Assembly: GCA_036141595.1 (NCBI GenBank)
Contig: JAYZXD010000018.1
Coordinates: forward strand, 1,388 to 65,387
Source of the DNA: Bacteroidota bacterium
GTDB taxonomy: Bacteria; Bacteroidota; Bacteroidia; Flavobacteriales; BACL11
Direction: 5' to 3'
DNA: 64,000 nucleotides
The notes under the pieces were generated by a model. The model worked only from the letters and a program-made list of their open reading frames with translations, did not search any database and was not told the DNA's origin. A program made the position numbers and the translations under genes. Below, piece after piece: positions 47,740-57,378 of the stretch (within the stretch, counting starts at the first letter, position 1; each line of letters begins with the position of its first letter).

Positions 47740-48260
47740 TTTCCAGTTTTTGTTCTAGGTTCAGCTTCAGATAAAAGTTTTGGGTAATCATCTTGAATAA
47801 TATCTCTTTCAGATTCTTCAAGATCAAGATACTGTTTGCCAAAGAGCATTAAAGAGGCGTCATTACGAATTTCTTTGTAAGCTTTGGCTATTTCATCTTG
47901 AACTTGAATATACATTCCATATTCTGTGGCATCTAAACATTGTAAAGAAACAATAGCTTTTTTGGGGTTATCAGCGTCTTTAGTCACAAACCTTTTTACT
48001 CTGTTTTTAAGAGTGGTTATGTCATTAAATTCATTATTAATTAATAGTTGGTTTTGTGTATTTACTAAAACTAATAAAATGTTTCTTTCGTTTATTTCAG
48101 GAGGTTCAACATTTTCTTCTGGCATTGGAGGAAGCTTTGTTGAAATACCAAATGGTGTATCCATAGTAGTTGTAACCAAAAAGAAAATTAGTAATAAAAA
48201 GGCAATATCTGCCATTGAACCAGCATTAATCTCAGGTAATCCTCTTCTGTTACTCGCCAT
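47736..48260 (-). CDS. exbD: ExbD/TolR family biopolymer transport protein
   Basis: SMADIAFLLLIFFLVTT TM signature plus a periplasmic domain. Confidence 0.85.
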   Translation of the reverse strand: MASNRRGLPEINAGSMADIAFLLLIFFLVTTTMDTPFGISTKLPPMPEENVEPPEINERNILLVLVNTQNQLLINNEFNDITTLKNRVKRFVTKDADNPKKAIVSLQCLDATEYGMYIQVQDEIAKAYKEIRNDASLMLFGKQYLDLEESERDIIQDDYPKLLSEAEPRTKTGK

Positions 48261-48262
48261 TG

Positions 48263-48877
48263 TTATTTAGATGTAAGTTTTGAAACCTCTGAATAAATTA
48301 TTGCAACTATAGCTGAAGCAATTAAAATATAAAAAGTTATTAAACCCATGCCAACTTGTTTAACTGCAGAATTACTAACTTCTACACTTGTTACGGAAGT
48401 TGTATCTGAAGCTAATGCATATGAAACAGCACAAATAGAAACTAATCCTCCTATCATAAAAATAGTTTTCTTAGCATTTTTCTTGTCACTAAATAGCTTT
48501 ACAGCAGAAAAAATCAGAGCTAATAGCAAGCCAGAAATAGATAAAAATACGCCTAAAAGAATAAATGGTTTAATGTAGTTATTTTGGTTTTCTAACGATT
48601 CTTTTAAGCTTTCTTCATAGTCTTCAATTTTTGCATTTTTATCTTTATTAGACATAGTTAAAAACTGATCGTTTTCCTTCATAATTGCATTTGAGATTAC
48701 AGCATTTTTTTTGGCATCATCTTTTTTGATCTTTTCCCATTCTGTAGTTGTTATGTTTGCTTCTCTTAAAAACGTGGTATACATCTCAATCTTCTCTTCG
48801 CCCTTGTTGAGAATTAAACCCATTAAAAGTACTGCAACTGAAATTATTAAATATTTTAAAATATCTTTAAAGATCAT
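48263..48877 (-). CDS. membrane protein of unknown function embedded in the ExbB/ExbD cluster
   Basis: An N-terminal TM, a charged loop of about 90 aa, then three more TM helices. The ATG at 48877 avoids the overlap with the exbB stop (ORF track gives 48910). Confidence 0.55.
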   Translation of the reverse strand: MIFKDILKYLIISVAVLLMGLILNKGEEKIEMYTTFLREANITTTEWEKIKKDDAKKNAVISNAIMKENDQFLTMSNKDKNAKIEDYEESLKESLENQNNYIKPFILLGVFLSISGLLLALIFSAVKLFSDKKNAKKTIFMIGGLVSICAVSYALASDTTSVTSVEVSNSAVKQVGMGLITFYILIASAIVAIIYSEVSKLTSK

Positions 48878-48881
48878 ATTT

Positions 48882-49691
48882 CTATTTTTTATTTTTTGCA
48901 AGTAAGTCAACTAATGATATTGAAGCATCCTCCATAGAATTTACAATTGCATCTACTTTAGCAATTAGATAATTATAAAAAACTTGTAAAATCATAGCCA
49001 CAATAAGACCAAAAACTGTCGTCAATAGTGCGATTTTGATACCGCCAGCAACTATATCTGGTGAGATATTATTTTCTTGAGCAATTTTGTCAAACGCATC
49101 AATCATACCTATTACAGTACCCATAAATCCAAGCATCGGTGCAAGAGCAATAAATAAAGAAATCCACGAAAGACCTTTTTCCAAAAGTCCCATTTGAACT
49201 GATCCGTAAGAAATAATAGATTTTTCAACCATTTCAATACCCTCATCAGATCTCTCTAAACCTTGATAAAAGATAGAGGCCACAGGTCCTTTAGTGTTTC
49301 TACAAACCTCTTGGGCTGCTTCAATACCCCCTTTGCTTAAAGCATCTTCAACATTAACTAATAGTTTGTCTGTGTTAGTAGTAGCCATGTTTAAATAAAT
49401 TATTCTTTCAATAGCTAAAGCTAAACCTAAAATCAAACATAAAAGAACTATCCCCATAAAGCCAGGTCCCCCTTCAATAAATTTATCTTTAATGATTTGA
49501 TGTATACTTTCCTTTTTTTCATCATTGACCTCATCAGATTTTTCTGTATCTTTTTGTTCTTGACTAGCACCATTATTTAAAACTTCTTCAGTGTTAATGG
49601 TGTCTGTAGATATAGTATCTTCTGCAGCGTACGCATTTCCAATTACAAAAAATGATACAAAAATTGCAATTATGGTAAATAAATTTTTCAT
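48882..49691 (-). CDS. exbB: MotA/TolQ/ExbB proton channel family protein
   Basis: Signal peptide, an acidic periplasmic N-terminal stretch, then an ExbB core with PMLGFMGTVIGMIDAF. Confidence 0.88.
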   Translation of the reverse strand: MKNLFTIIAIFVSFFVIGNAYAAEDTISTDTINTEEVLNNGASQEQKDTEKSDEVNDEKKESIHQIIKDKFIEGGPGFMGIVLLCLILGLALAIERIIYLNMATTNTDKLLVNVEDALSKGGIEAAQEVCRNTKGPVASIFYQGLERSDEGIEMVEKSIISYGSVQMGLLEKGLSWISLFIALAPMLGFMGTVIGMIDAFDKIAQENNISPDIVAGGIKIALLTTVFGLIVAMILQVFYNYLIAKVDAIVNSMEDASISLVDLLAKNKK

Positions 49692-49742
49692 GTTATAATT
49701 TTGTTATTAAGTTAGTTAAATTTTGGCAAATTTATAAAAATA

Positions 49743-50336
49743 TTATAAAGCTTCTTCAAATCTTTTGTTGACTTCATTCCAATTTATTAAGTTAAAAAAG
49801 GCTTTGATGTAGTCTGGCCTTCTATTTTGGTAATTTAAATAATAAGCATGCTCCCAAACATCTATTCCCAAAATTGGAATTCCACAATTATTCATTAATG
49901 GATTATCTTGATTAGGTGTTGCGCAAACCTCAAGAGCTCCTTTATTTACACATAGCCAAGCCCATCCTGAACCAAATTGTGATGCAGCAGCTGATGAAAA
50001 TTCATTTTTAAAGTTTTCATAACTTTCAAAATATTTATTTATTGCTTCAGCAATTTTTCCTGTTGGATTTCCACCGCCGTTGGGGCTTAAAATACTCCAA
50101 AACAAGCAATGATTATAGTATCCGCCGCCATTATTTCTAGCAGCCCCACTAAGATCTGGACTTTTACAAATTTCTTCAATAGAAAGATCTTCTAAATTAG
50201 TGCCTTCAATTGCATTGTTGAGATTATTTGTATAACCATTGTGATGTTTGCTATGGTGTATTTCCATCGTTCTCGCATCAATATGTGGCTCAAGGGCGTT
50301 ATATTCGTAAGGTAAATTTGGTAGTTCAAATTTCAT
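49743..50336 (-). CDS. sodA: Fe/Mn superoxide dismutase (Mn-type signature residues)
   Basis: HHSKHH and DVWEHAYY metal-ligand motifs. NNGGGYYNH and NQDNPL resemble Mn-type rather than Fe-type discriminating residues. Confidence 0.88.
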   Translation of the reverse strand: MKFELPNLPYEYNALEPHIDARTMEIHHSKHHNGYTNNLNNAIEGTNLEDLSIEEICKSPDLSGAARNNGGGYYNHCLFWSILSPNGGGNPTGKIAEAINKYFESYENFKNEFSSAAASQFGSGWAWLCVNKGALEVCATPNQDNPLMNNCGIPILGIDVWEHAYYLNYQNRRPDYIKAFFNLINWNEVNKRFEEAL

Positions 50337-50357
50337 AATTAATTGTTTTTTAATTGT

Positions 50358-51194
50358 TTATAATAGTATCTGCCAAGCTTCTTCAATTTTATTTTGACTT
50401 AAAAATTCTTTTGCTAATATATGTTTTTCTTTTAAACTCTTATCTCTGTATTTATCAGTTCTTTTCTTCTGAGGAATTTTTTCTGACGATGCTAAGATTG
50501 CCAGATCACTCCCTTTTAAAATTTTTGATTCTTTTATTTGTTTTGGAAGATTGTCAAACCCTAAGCCAATTTTTGACAATGGTTTTTTTATTTTATATAA
50601 AGATTCATTAGTTGTTTTTCCGTACCAATCCCCCCCGTAACGACTTATAATATTTAATTTGAAAGGATCAATGTTTCCGCTATCATCTAAAACTTTGTAA
50701 TCTATATGTATTTTGATGATTTCTGCAAGCACTAAATTGCCAGCTCCTGCTTTTTCACCTAACACGATGACTTCATTAACTTTACATTCAAAGTTGATTG
50801 GAGCCTCTTTTACTCTTGATGGGGCAATGCTCTCAGATTTCACTTCAGTAAATCCTGCTTTTTTAAATTCATTTACGCCTTTGTCAAAGTTACATGATGA
50901 AAGAGACATTTGCTGCCCTATTTTTTCGTTTACCATTGCCACAACGCATTCTCTGTTTTTTATAATATTGTCTAAAGTATGCTTATTTGTGCCTTGGCGG
51001 ATACTTGTTACAGGAGAAAAAATTATAATTGGCGGATTCACCGAAAACACATTAAAAAATGAAAAAGGCGATAAATTACTATTACCATTATTATCAATTG
51101 TACTAACAAAAGCAATAGGTCTTGGAGTAATTGCTGATGATAGATAATTATATAAATTATTATTTTCTTCAGAAACATTTATAGTCTTTATCAT
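50358..51194 (-). CDS. flavin reductase-like (FMN-binding split barrel) protein with a C-terminal extension of about 80 aa
   Basis: ITPRPIAFVSTIDNNGNSNLSPFSFFN motif of the flavin reductase-like domain. It starts 2 nt after the stop of the upstream FAH-family gene. Confidence 0.75.
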   Translation of the reverse strand: MIKTINVSEENNNLYNYLSSAITPRPIAFVSTIDNNGNSNLSPFSFFNVFSVNPPIIIFSPVTSIRQGTNKHTLDNIIKNRECVVAMVNEKIGQQMSLSSCNFDKGVNEFKKAGFTEVKSESIAPSRVKEAPINFECKVNEVIVLGEKAGAGNLVLAEIIKIHIDYKVLDDSGNIDPFKLNIISRYGGDWYGKTTNESLYKIKKPLSKIGLGFDNLPKQIKESKILKGSDLAILASSEKIPQKKRTDKYRDKSLKEKHILAKEFLSQNKIEEAWQILL

Positions 51195-51195
51195 T

Positions 51196-52173
51196 TTATT
51201 TTTTGAGTTTTAAAATTGAGTGGTTATTTTTAGATTTTAAAATTTTGTTTGAGATACTACCAAGAACATCAACTGTCATTGTAATTTCGTCACCATCTTT
51301 GAGCCATTTTTCAATATAATCAGGGTTTTGTTTTTTATTTGTTCCGTTGATTTCTAATAAGCACCCAGTACCTACTGTACCTGAGCCAATAATATCACCT
51401 GGAAATAACTCTACTCCATATGAAGCTCTTTGAATTATTTCTCCAAAAGTCCAATGCATGTTCTTAGCATTTCCTTCAGAAAGCAATTCGCCATTAACAT
51501 AGCATTGCATTTTTAGATTATATTTTTTTCCAAATTGAGTATGTATTTCTCTTTCGAATAATTCTTCAGGAGTTACTATATAAGGTCCTAAAACATTAGC
51601 AAAATCTTTTCCTTTTGCTGGTCCTAAATTTAATTTCATTTCTTCCATTTGTAATGTTCGAGCACTTAGGTCATTTAAAATACAAAAACCTGCTATATGC
51701 TCATCTGCATCTTTTGATAAAATATTCTTACCCCCCTTACCGATGATAACTGCAATTTCTAACTCATAATCTAAACATTTAAAATGATCTGGCATAAGTT
51801 CAATGTCTTGGTTGTGCGCATACATAGAATTATGATTAGAAAAATAAAAAACAGGAAACTGCTCAAATTCTGATATTATTTCAGACCCTCTGTTCTTTCT
51901 ACATGTTTCTACATGCTCTCTGAAAGCGTATGCATCTCTAAAAGAATTAGGATGTGGTATTACGGGTAAAAATATAATGTCTTTAATTTTATGTTTAATT
52001 GAATTTTTTGAGCCAATATAAGAATGTATTTTTTCTGTAAAATTATCAAGCTTAAAAATGTCAATTAAATTTACATCGCCAAAAAAAGCATTTAGATTAT
52101 ACACTTCATGACCTTTTAAAACACCAATTTGATGAATGTGGTTTTCTTTAATTTTGTAACTTAAAAGCTTCAT
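51196..52173 (-). CDS. fumarylacetoacetate hydrolase (FAH) family protein
   Basis: FAH-fold C-terminal domain (ELEIAVIIGK, DLSARTLQ, GDIIGSGTVGTG). It is divergent from hmgA-hppD. Confidence 0.8.
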   Translation of the reverse strand: MKLLSYKIKENHIHQIGVLKGHEVYNLNAFFGDVNLIDIFKLDNFTEKIHSYIGSKNSIKHKIKDIIFLPVIPHPNSFRDAYAFREHVETCRKNRGSEIISEFEQFPVFYFSNHNSMYAHNQDIELMPDHFKCLDYELEIAVIIGKGGKNILSKDADEHIAGFCILNDLSARTLQMEEMKLNLGPAKGKDFANVLGPYIVTPEELFEREIHTQFGKKYNLKMQCYVNGELLSEGNAKNMHWTFGEIIQRASYGVELFPGDIIGSGTVGTGCLLEINGTNKKQNPDYIEKWLKDGDEITMTVDVLGSISNKILKSKNNHSILKLKK

Positions 52174-52182
52174 TTATAGCTA

Positions 52183-52190
52183 CAAAATTA
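52183..52190 (-). promoter_or_regulatory. -7 element upstream of the FAH-family gene
   Basis: Plus strand caaaatta is TAATTTTG on the minus strand, 10 nt upstream of the start at 52173. Confidence 0.35.
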
Positions 52191-52240
52191 TTAATTTTAT
52201 TTTAGGTGCCTAGCAAAAGAATGTAGTTTGTGTTTTATCT

Positions 52241-52248
52241 TATATTTG
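52241..52248 (+). promoter_or_regulatory. -7 element upstream of hmgA-hppD
   Basis: TATATTTG ends 17 nt before the ATG at 52266. Confidence 0.45.
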
Positions 52249-52265
52249 CATTAAAAATTAAGTAT

Positions 52266-53426
52266 ATGCCTTTTTATCATAAACTTGGAAAAATACCTCA
52301 AAAAAGACATACTACCTTTGCAAAAGAACAGGGGGGACTACACTACGAAGAGCTTTTTGGTACAATTGGATTTGACGGTATGTCATCTTTGCTATACCAT
52401 CTTTACAGGCCAACGCAAGTAAAGGATATTAAAACATCTTATTCTGTCGAGCCCGTAGCAGCTATTAACAAAAATCTTAAATCTTATTTGCTTAAAGGTT
52501 TTGAATCTCCACAAGTCAACGATCATTTAAAAAGTAGATTATCGATATTGTTTAATAACGATATAAATATTTTATTATCAGCTCCTAAAAATTTAGAAGA
52601 AAATTATTTTTATAAAAATACTGACGGAGATGAAGTTATTTTTGTGCACAAAGGAACTGGAGTTTTAAGAACATTTTTAGGTAATCTTAATTTTAGAGAA
52701 GGCGATTATTTAGTTATACCTAGGGGAATGATTTATACCTTAAAATTTAATAGTTCAGAAAATAGACTGTTTATAGTTGAATCATATACTCCTGTTTATA
52801 CACCTAAGAGATATAGAAATTATTTCGGTCAACTACTTGAACATTCACCTTATTGTGAAAGAGATTTAAGAAAGCCAGAGGTCTTAGAAACTCATGACAA
52901 GAAGGGTGACTTTTTAATTAAAATTAAAAAAGAACATGTGATCCATGAGTATGTATACGCATCTCATCCTTTTGATGTTGTTGGATGGGACGGATATAAT
53001 TTCCCATACGCTTTTTCAATTCACGATTTTGAGCCCATAACAGGAAGAATTCATCAGCCCCCACCTGTTCATCAAACTTTTGAAACAAACAGATTTGTTA
53101 TTTGTTCTTTTTGTCCAAGAATGTATGATTACCATCCTGAATCAATCCCCGCACCATATAATCATTCCAATATTGATTCTGATGAGGTTTTGTATTATGT
53201 TGATGGAGATTTTATGAGTAGAAATCATGTGCAAGAAGGATTTATTTCTTTGCACCCTGCTGGAATACCTCATGGTCCTCATCCTGGAGCAATGGAAAGA
53301 AGTATTGGCCAGAAACAAACAAACGAATTAGCAGTAATGGTTGACACATTTGCGCCACTTAAATTAACTCAGCAAGCTATTGATATTTCTGATGGTAAAT
53401 ATCATAAATCTTGGTTAGAAAAGTAA
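52266..53426 (+). CDS. hmgA: homogentisate 1,2-dioxygenase
   Basis: Start MPFYHKLGKIPQKRHT, plus HPAGIPHGPHPG and other HGD motifs. The ATG at 52266 lies 17 nt after a TAnnTTTG motif (52241..52248). The ORF-track GTG at 52230 lies upstream of that motif. Confidence 0.92.
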   Translation: MPFYHKLGKIPQKRHTTFAKEQGGLHYEELFGTIGFDGMSSLLYHLYRPTQVKDIKTSYSVEPVAAINKNLKSYLLKGFESPQVNDHLKSRLSILFNNDINILLSAPKNLEENYFYKNTDGDEVIFVHKGTGVLRTFLGNLNFREGDYLVIPRGMIYTLKFNSSENRLFIVESYTPVYTPKRYRNYFGQLLEHSPYCERDLRKPEVLETHDKKGDFLIKIKKEHVIHEYVYASHPFDVVGWDGYNFPYAFSIHDFEPITGRIHQPPPVHQTFETNRFVICSFCPRMYDYHPESIPAPYNHSNIDSDEVLYYVDGDFMSRNHVQEGFISLHPAGIPHGPHPGAMERSIGQKQTNELAVMVDTFAPLKLTQQAIDISDGKYHKSWLEK

Positions 53427-53435
53427 TAATTTAAA

Positions 53436-54593
53436 ATGAAAGATATAAAAAATGTTGATTACGGTCTAAAAAAAATCTTTGAGGGAGCTAAAGATTTTTT
53501 ACCTCTTTTAGGTACAGATTACATAGAGTTTTATGTTGGTAATGCCAAACAAGCCGCTTATTACTACAAGACTGCATTTGGTTTTCAATCATATGCATAC
53601 AAGGGTCTTGAGACAGGAAGTAGGGAGGTTACTTCATATGTCTTAAAGCAAGACAAAATATGCATTGTTCTTACAACCCCATTAAATTCTAAGTCAAGTA
53701 TAAATAAACACATTGTTAAGCATGGTGATGGTGTAAAAGTAATAGCAATTTGGGTTGATGATGCTACAAAATCATGGCAAGAGACAACAAAAAGAGGAGC
53801 AAAATCCTACATGAAGCCTACTACTGAAAAAGATGAATTTGGGCAAGTTGTGAGATCAGGTATTTATACCTATGGAGATACTGTACATGTTTTTGTTGAG
53901 AGAAAGAACTATAAAGGTGTGTTTTTACCAGGTTTTAAAAAATGGAAATCAGATTATAATCCAACATCAGTAGGTCTTAGATATATTGATCACATGGTGG
54001 GAAATGTTGGTTGGAATGAAATGAATAAGTGGGTAAAATTTTACGAAGATGTAATGGGGTTCGTTAATTTTTTATCATTTGATGATAAACAAATAACCAC
54101 TGAGTATTCTGCTTTAATGAGCAAAGTTATGAGTAACGGAAATGGAAGAATTAAATTTCCTATAAATGAACCTGCGGAAGGCAAAAAAAAGTCACAAATA
54201 GAGGAATATTTAGATTTTTATGAAGGCCCTGGAGCACAGCATATTGCAGTGGCAACTGATGATATTATAGCTACTGTTTCAATGCTTAGATCTAGAGGAG
54301 TTGAATTTTTATCTATACCTCCAGAAGAATACTACAGCGCTGTACCTTTAAGACTTGAAAAACATAATCATAAATTAAATGAAGATATAAATACCCTCAA
54401 AAAATTAGGTATTTTAATAGATGCTGATGAGGAAGGCTATCTTTTACAAATTTTTACTAAACCAGTTGAGGATAGGCCAACACTTTTTTTTGAAATAATT
54501 CAAAGAATGGGTGCGAAAGGATTTGGTGCGGGTAATTTTAAGGCTTTATTTGAAGCTATTGAAAGAGAACAAGCAAAAAGAGGAACATTATAA
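53436..54593 (+). CDS. hppD: 4-hydroxyphenylpyruvate dioxygenase
   Basis: Two VOC-fold domains, GAQHIAVATDDI, and the C-terminal hallmark FFEIIQRMGAKGFGAGNFKALFEAIEREQ. Confidence 0.95.
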   Translation: MKDIKNVDYGLKKIFEGAKDFLPLLGTDYIEFYVGNAKQAAYYYKTAFGFQSYAYKGLETGSREVTSYVLKQDKICIVLTTPLNSKSSINKHIVKHGDGVKVIAIWVDDATKSWQETTKRGAKSYMKPTTEKDEFGQVVRSGIYTYGDTVHVFVERKNYKGVFLPGFKKWKSDYNPTSVGLRYIDHMVGNVGWNEMNKWVKFYEDVMGFVNFLSFDDKQITTEYSALMSKVMSNGNGRIKFPINEPAEGKKKSQIEEYLDFYEGPGAQHIAVATDDIIATVSMLRSRGVEFLSIPPEEYYSAVPLRLEKHNHKLNEDINTLKKLGILIDADEEGYLLQIFTKPVEDRPTLFFEIIQRMGAKGFGAGNFKALFEAIEREQAKRGTL

Positions 54594-54602
54594 TAAATAA
54601 TT

Positions 54603-55055
54603 ATGACAAAATTAAAAATAGGAGATACTGCTCCAGAAATAAATTCAGTAGATCAAAACGGTAATAGCATTACATTAAGACAGTTTCAGGGAAATAAAGT
54701 TGTTCTTTATTTTTACCCAAAAGATATGACTCCGGGATGCACTGCACAGTCATGTAATTTGTCAGATAATTATGTCATTTTAAAGAAAAAGGGTTACGAA
54801 GTTTTAGGTGTTTCATGTGATAGCGTCAAAAGACATAAAAAGTTTATTGAAAAATATAATTTACCTTTTTCCTTAGTTTCAGACGAGAATCAAGAAGTAG
54901 TAAAAGCTTATGGAGTGTGGGGTTTAAAAAAATTTATGGGTAGAGAGTACATGGGCATAAATAGAACTACTTTTATAATTGACAGTGATGGTAAAATTGA
55001 AGATATTATTACAAAGGTAGATACTAAAAATCATATTGCTCAAATTCTAGTTTAG
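54603..55055 (+). CDS. bcp: thioredoxin-dependent peroxiredoxin (Bcp/PrxQ)
   Basis: VVLYFYPKDMTPGCTAQSC active site, 150 aa. Confidence 0.9.
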   Translation: MTKLKIGDTAPEINSVDQNGNSITLRQFQGNKVVLYFYPKDMTPGCTAQSCNLSDNYVILKKKGYEVLGVSCDSVKRHKKFIEKYNLPFSLVSDENQEVVKAYGVWGLKKFMGREYMGINRTTFIIDSDGKIEDIITKVDTKNHIAQILV

Positions 55056-55104
55056 TCTTTTATATCTACAAAATGAACTTTAGTTTTCATTATTATAGTT
55101 TTGA

Positions 55105-56031
55105 ATGAAAAGTAAGATAGATTTTTATTGCATTGGGGCTCAAAAAGCTGCTACTTCCTGGCTTTATGAAAGACTTAACGAATTACCAGATTTTAGTATG
55201 CCATATATCAAGGAATTGCATTTTTTTGATAGATCTGAAAAATATCCCTCACCATCAAAATTGTCTCGTTCATTAATTTCTAGACTACTTGATTATGATT
55301 CTTTAAGTACTTCAGTCATGGAAGTTTCTAGCTCATTATATAGAATGAATTTTAAAAAAATGAGATGGATGTTAAATTGGCATTTTTCTAAAATACATGA
55401 TGATTGGTATTTATCTCTTTTTGAAAATTTGAATCGAATTTCAGGTGACATGACCCCTGCATATAGTATTTTAGATGTTGTGGATATTAAAAAAATGTAT
55501 GAACTATCTCCTGATGCAAAAATTATATTTATATTAAGAAACCCTATTGAAAGAGCTATCTCTCATTTGAAATTTTATCATCAAAGTAGAGGTATATTAA
55601 TTAATAAATTATCTATTGATAAAATAAAATGTTTTTTAGAAAGTGATAATCAAGTTTTAAGGTCAGATTATTTGCGAACGCTAAATAACTACTCTGAGGT
55701 TTACATGCCTTCAAATATTTTAGTTGGCTTTTATGATGCTATTATTGATCATCCAAATATTTTTTTAGCAGAGGTGGTAGATTTTTTAGGTGGAAAAAAA
55801 AACCAAATACAACCTTTAAAATTAAATCGTAAAACTAATGTTTCTAAAAAGGAGGTGATTAATCAAGAAATTTTAAATTATATAACCGAAAAGTATGCTA
55901 GTAATATAAATAAGCTTTCTAAAATATTTGGTGGATATTGCTCTTTGTGGGAAAATAGATTGGATAATAATAAACATTATCAAAAAACTTATTTAACAAT
56001 TACACTAGACAAAATTGATTTAACAAAATAG
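55105..56031 (+). CDS. sulfotransferase family protein (PAPS-dependent type)
   Basis: 5'-PSB-like loop IGAQKAATSWL near the N-terminus and a 3'-PB-like FILRNPIERAISH motif. Confidence 0.7.
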   Translation: MKSKIDFYCIGAQKAATSWLYERLNELPDFSMPYIKELHFFDRSEKYPSPSKLSRSLISRLLDYDSLSTSVMEVSSSLYRMNFKKMRWMLNWHFSKIHDDWYLSLFENLNRISGDMTPAYSILDVVDIKKMYELSPDAKIIFILRNPIERAISHLKFYHQSRGILINKLSIDKIKCFLESDNQVLRSDYLRTLNNYSEVYMPSNILVGFYDAIIDHPNIFLAEVVDFLGGKKNQIQPLKLNRKTNVSKKEVINQEILNYITEKYASNINKLSKIFGGYCSLWENRLDNNKHYQKTYLTITLDKIDLTK

Positions 56032-57378
56032 TTTCTTATAAACTATTTCTAGCTTATTGCACTTAATAATATTAATTTTAGATTTATTAATATTTACTTT
56101 ATTATAACCTGATATAATTATTTGTTCATATCCTAATTTTTCAGCCTCTATTATCCTTTCGTTAACTTTATTAACAGCTCTTATTTCACCAGAAAGACCA
56201 ATTTCACCCACAAAACAGACCTTTTGATTTATTGAGATACTTAGATCAGAAGATAGAACAGCGCAGACGACCGCTAGATCAATAGCAGGATCTTCAATTT
56301 TAATTCCACCAGTTATATTTAAAAAAACATCCTTGCTACCAAGTTTGAATCCGCATTTTTTTTCAAGAACAGCTAGTAGCATATTTAATCTTTTGTTGTC
56401 AAATCCTGTGGCAGACCTTTGTGGGGTACCGTAAACTGCAGTGCTTACAAGAGCTTGTATTTCTATCAGCAAAGACCTATTACCTTCAATTGCGCAGGAA
56501 ATAGCAACTCCATTTGTGTCAGCCTCTCTATCTGAAATTAATATCTCAGAAGGGTTATTTACCTCTCTTAAACCCTTGCTATTCATTTCATACACCCCCA
56601 ATTCTGATGCAGAGCCAAATCTGTTTTTAATACTTCTTAAAATTCTATATGTATGATTTCTATCCCCTTCAAATTGCAAAACAGTATCTACCATGTGCTC
56701 TAGTATTTTTGGCCCTGCTATGGCACCATCTTTGTTAATGTGGCCAATTAGAAGCACCGCGGTTCCTGTTTGTTTTGCAAATTTTATTAACTCCGATGAA
56801 CATTCTCTGATTTGGGACACGCTTCCTGGCGAGGAGTCTAAATATTCAGTGTGAAGAGTTTGAATTGAGTCGATTACAAGAATATTTGGGTGTAAATGTT
56901 CAGTTTGAGCAAATATATTTTGAGTTGAGGTTTCTGTAAGAATAAAACAATTTTCAGAGGATAAACTAATTCGATCTGCTCGCAATTTAATTTGCTTTTT
57001 ACTTTCTTCTCCTGAAACATACAATATTTTATTTCTTTTAGAACTTAAAGCAAATTGTAATAATAAAGTTGATTTTCCTATACCAGGATCTCCACCTAGC
57101 AATATGACAGAGCCAGGCACTATACCTCCACCCAAAACTCTGTTTAATTCTTTGTCATTGGTTATTATTCTTTTTTCTTTACTGTAGCTAATATTTTTAA
57201 TTAACACAGGAGTATTCTTATTTTTAATAATACTTTTATTACTTTTTTTTTCTTTAAGAATAAGTTCTTCGCTAAAAGTATTCCATTTACTACACTGAGG
57301 ACATTTACCTAACCATTTTGATGATTGATAGCCACAATTTTGACAAAAAAATATAGTACTAGTACTCTTTTTCATCAT
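56020..57378 (-). CDS. radA: DNA repair protein RadA
   Basis: N-terminal zinc ribbon CQNCGYQSSKWLGKCPQC, Walker A GDPGIGKST, KNRFG motif and a Lon-like C-terminal domain. Confidence 0.95.
   Translation of the reverse strand: MMKKSTSTIFFCQNCGYQSSKWLGKCPQCSKWNTFSEELILKEKKSNKSIIKNKNTPVLIKNISYSKEKRIITNDKELNRVLGGGIVPGSVILLGGDPGIGKSTLLLQFALSSKRNKILYVSGEESKKQIKLRADRISLSSENCFILTETSTQNIFAQTEHLHPNILVIDSIQTLHTEYLDSSPGSVSQIRECSSELIKFAKQTGTAVLLIGHINKDGAIAGPKILEHMVDTVLQFEGDRNHTYRILRSIKNRFGSASELGVYEMNSKGLREVNNPSEILISDREADTNGVAISCAIEGNRSLLIEIQALVSTAVYGTPQRSATGFDNKRLNMLLAVLEKKCGFKLGSKDVFLNITGGIKIEDPAIDLAVVCAVLSSDLSISINQKVCFVGEIGLSGEIRAVNKVNERIIEAEKLGYEQIIISGYNKVNINKSKINIIKCNKLEIVYKKLFC

Noticed and set aside
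50354-51147. Plus-strand ORFs of 85 and 144 aa lie opposite the flavin-reductase-like gene.
   Set aside because: These are shadow ORFs antisense to a gene with clear family motifs. They have no independent support.
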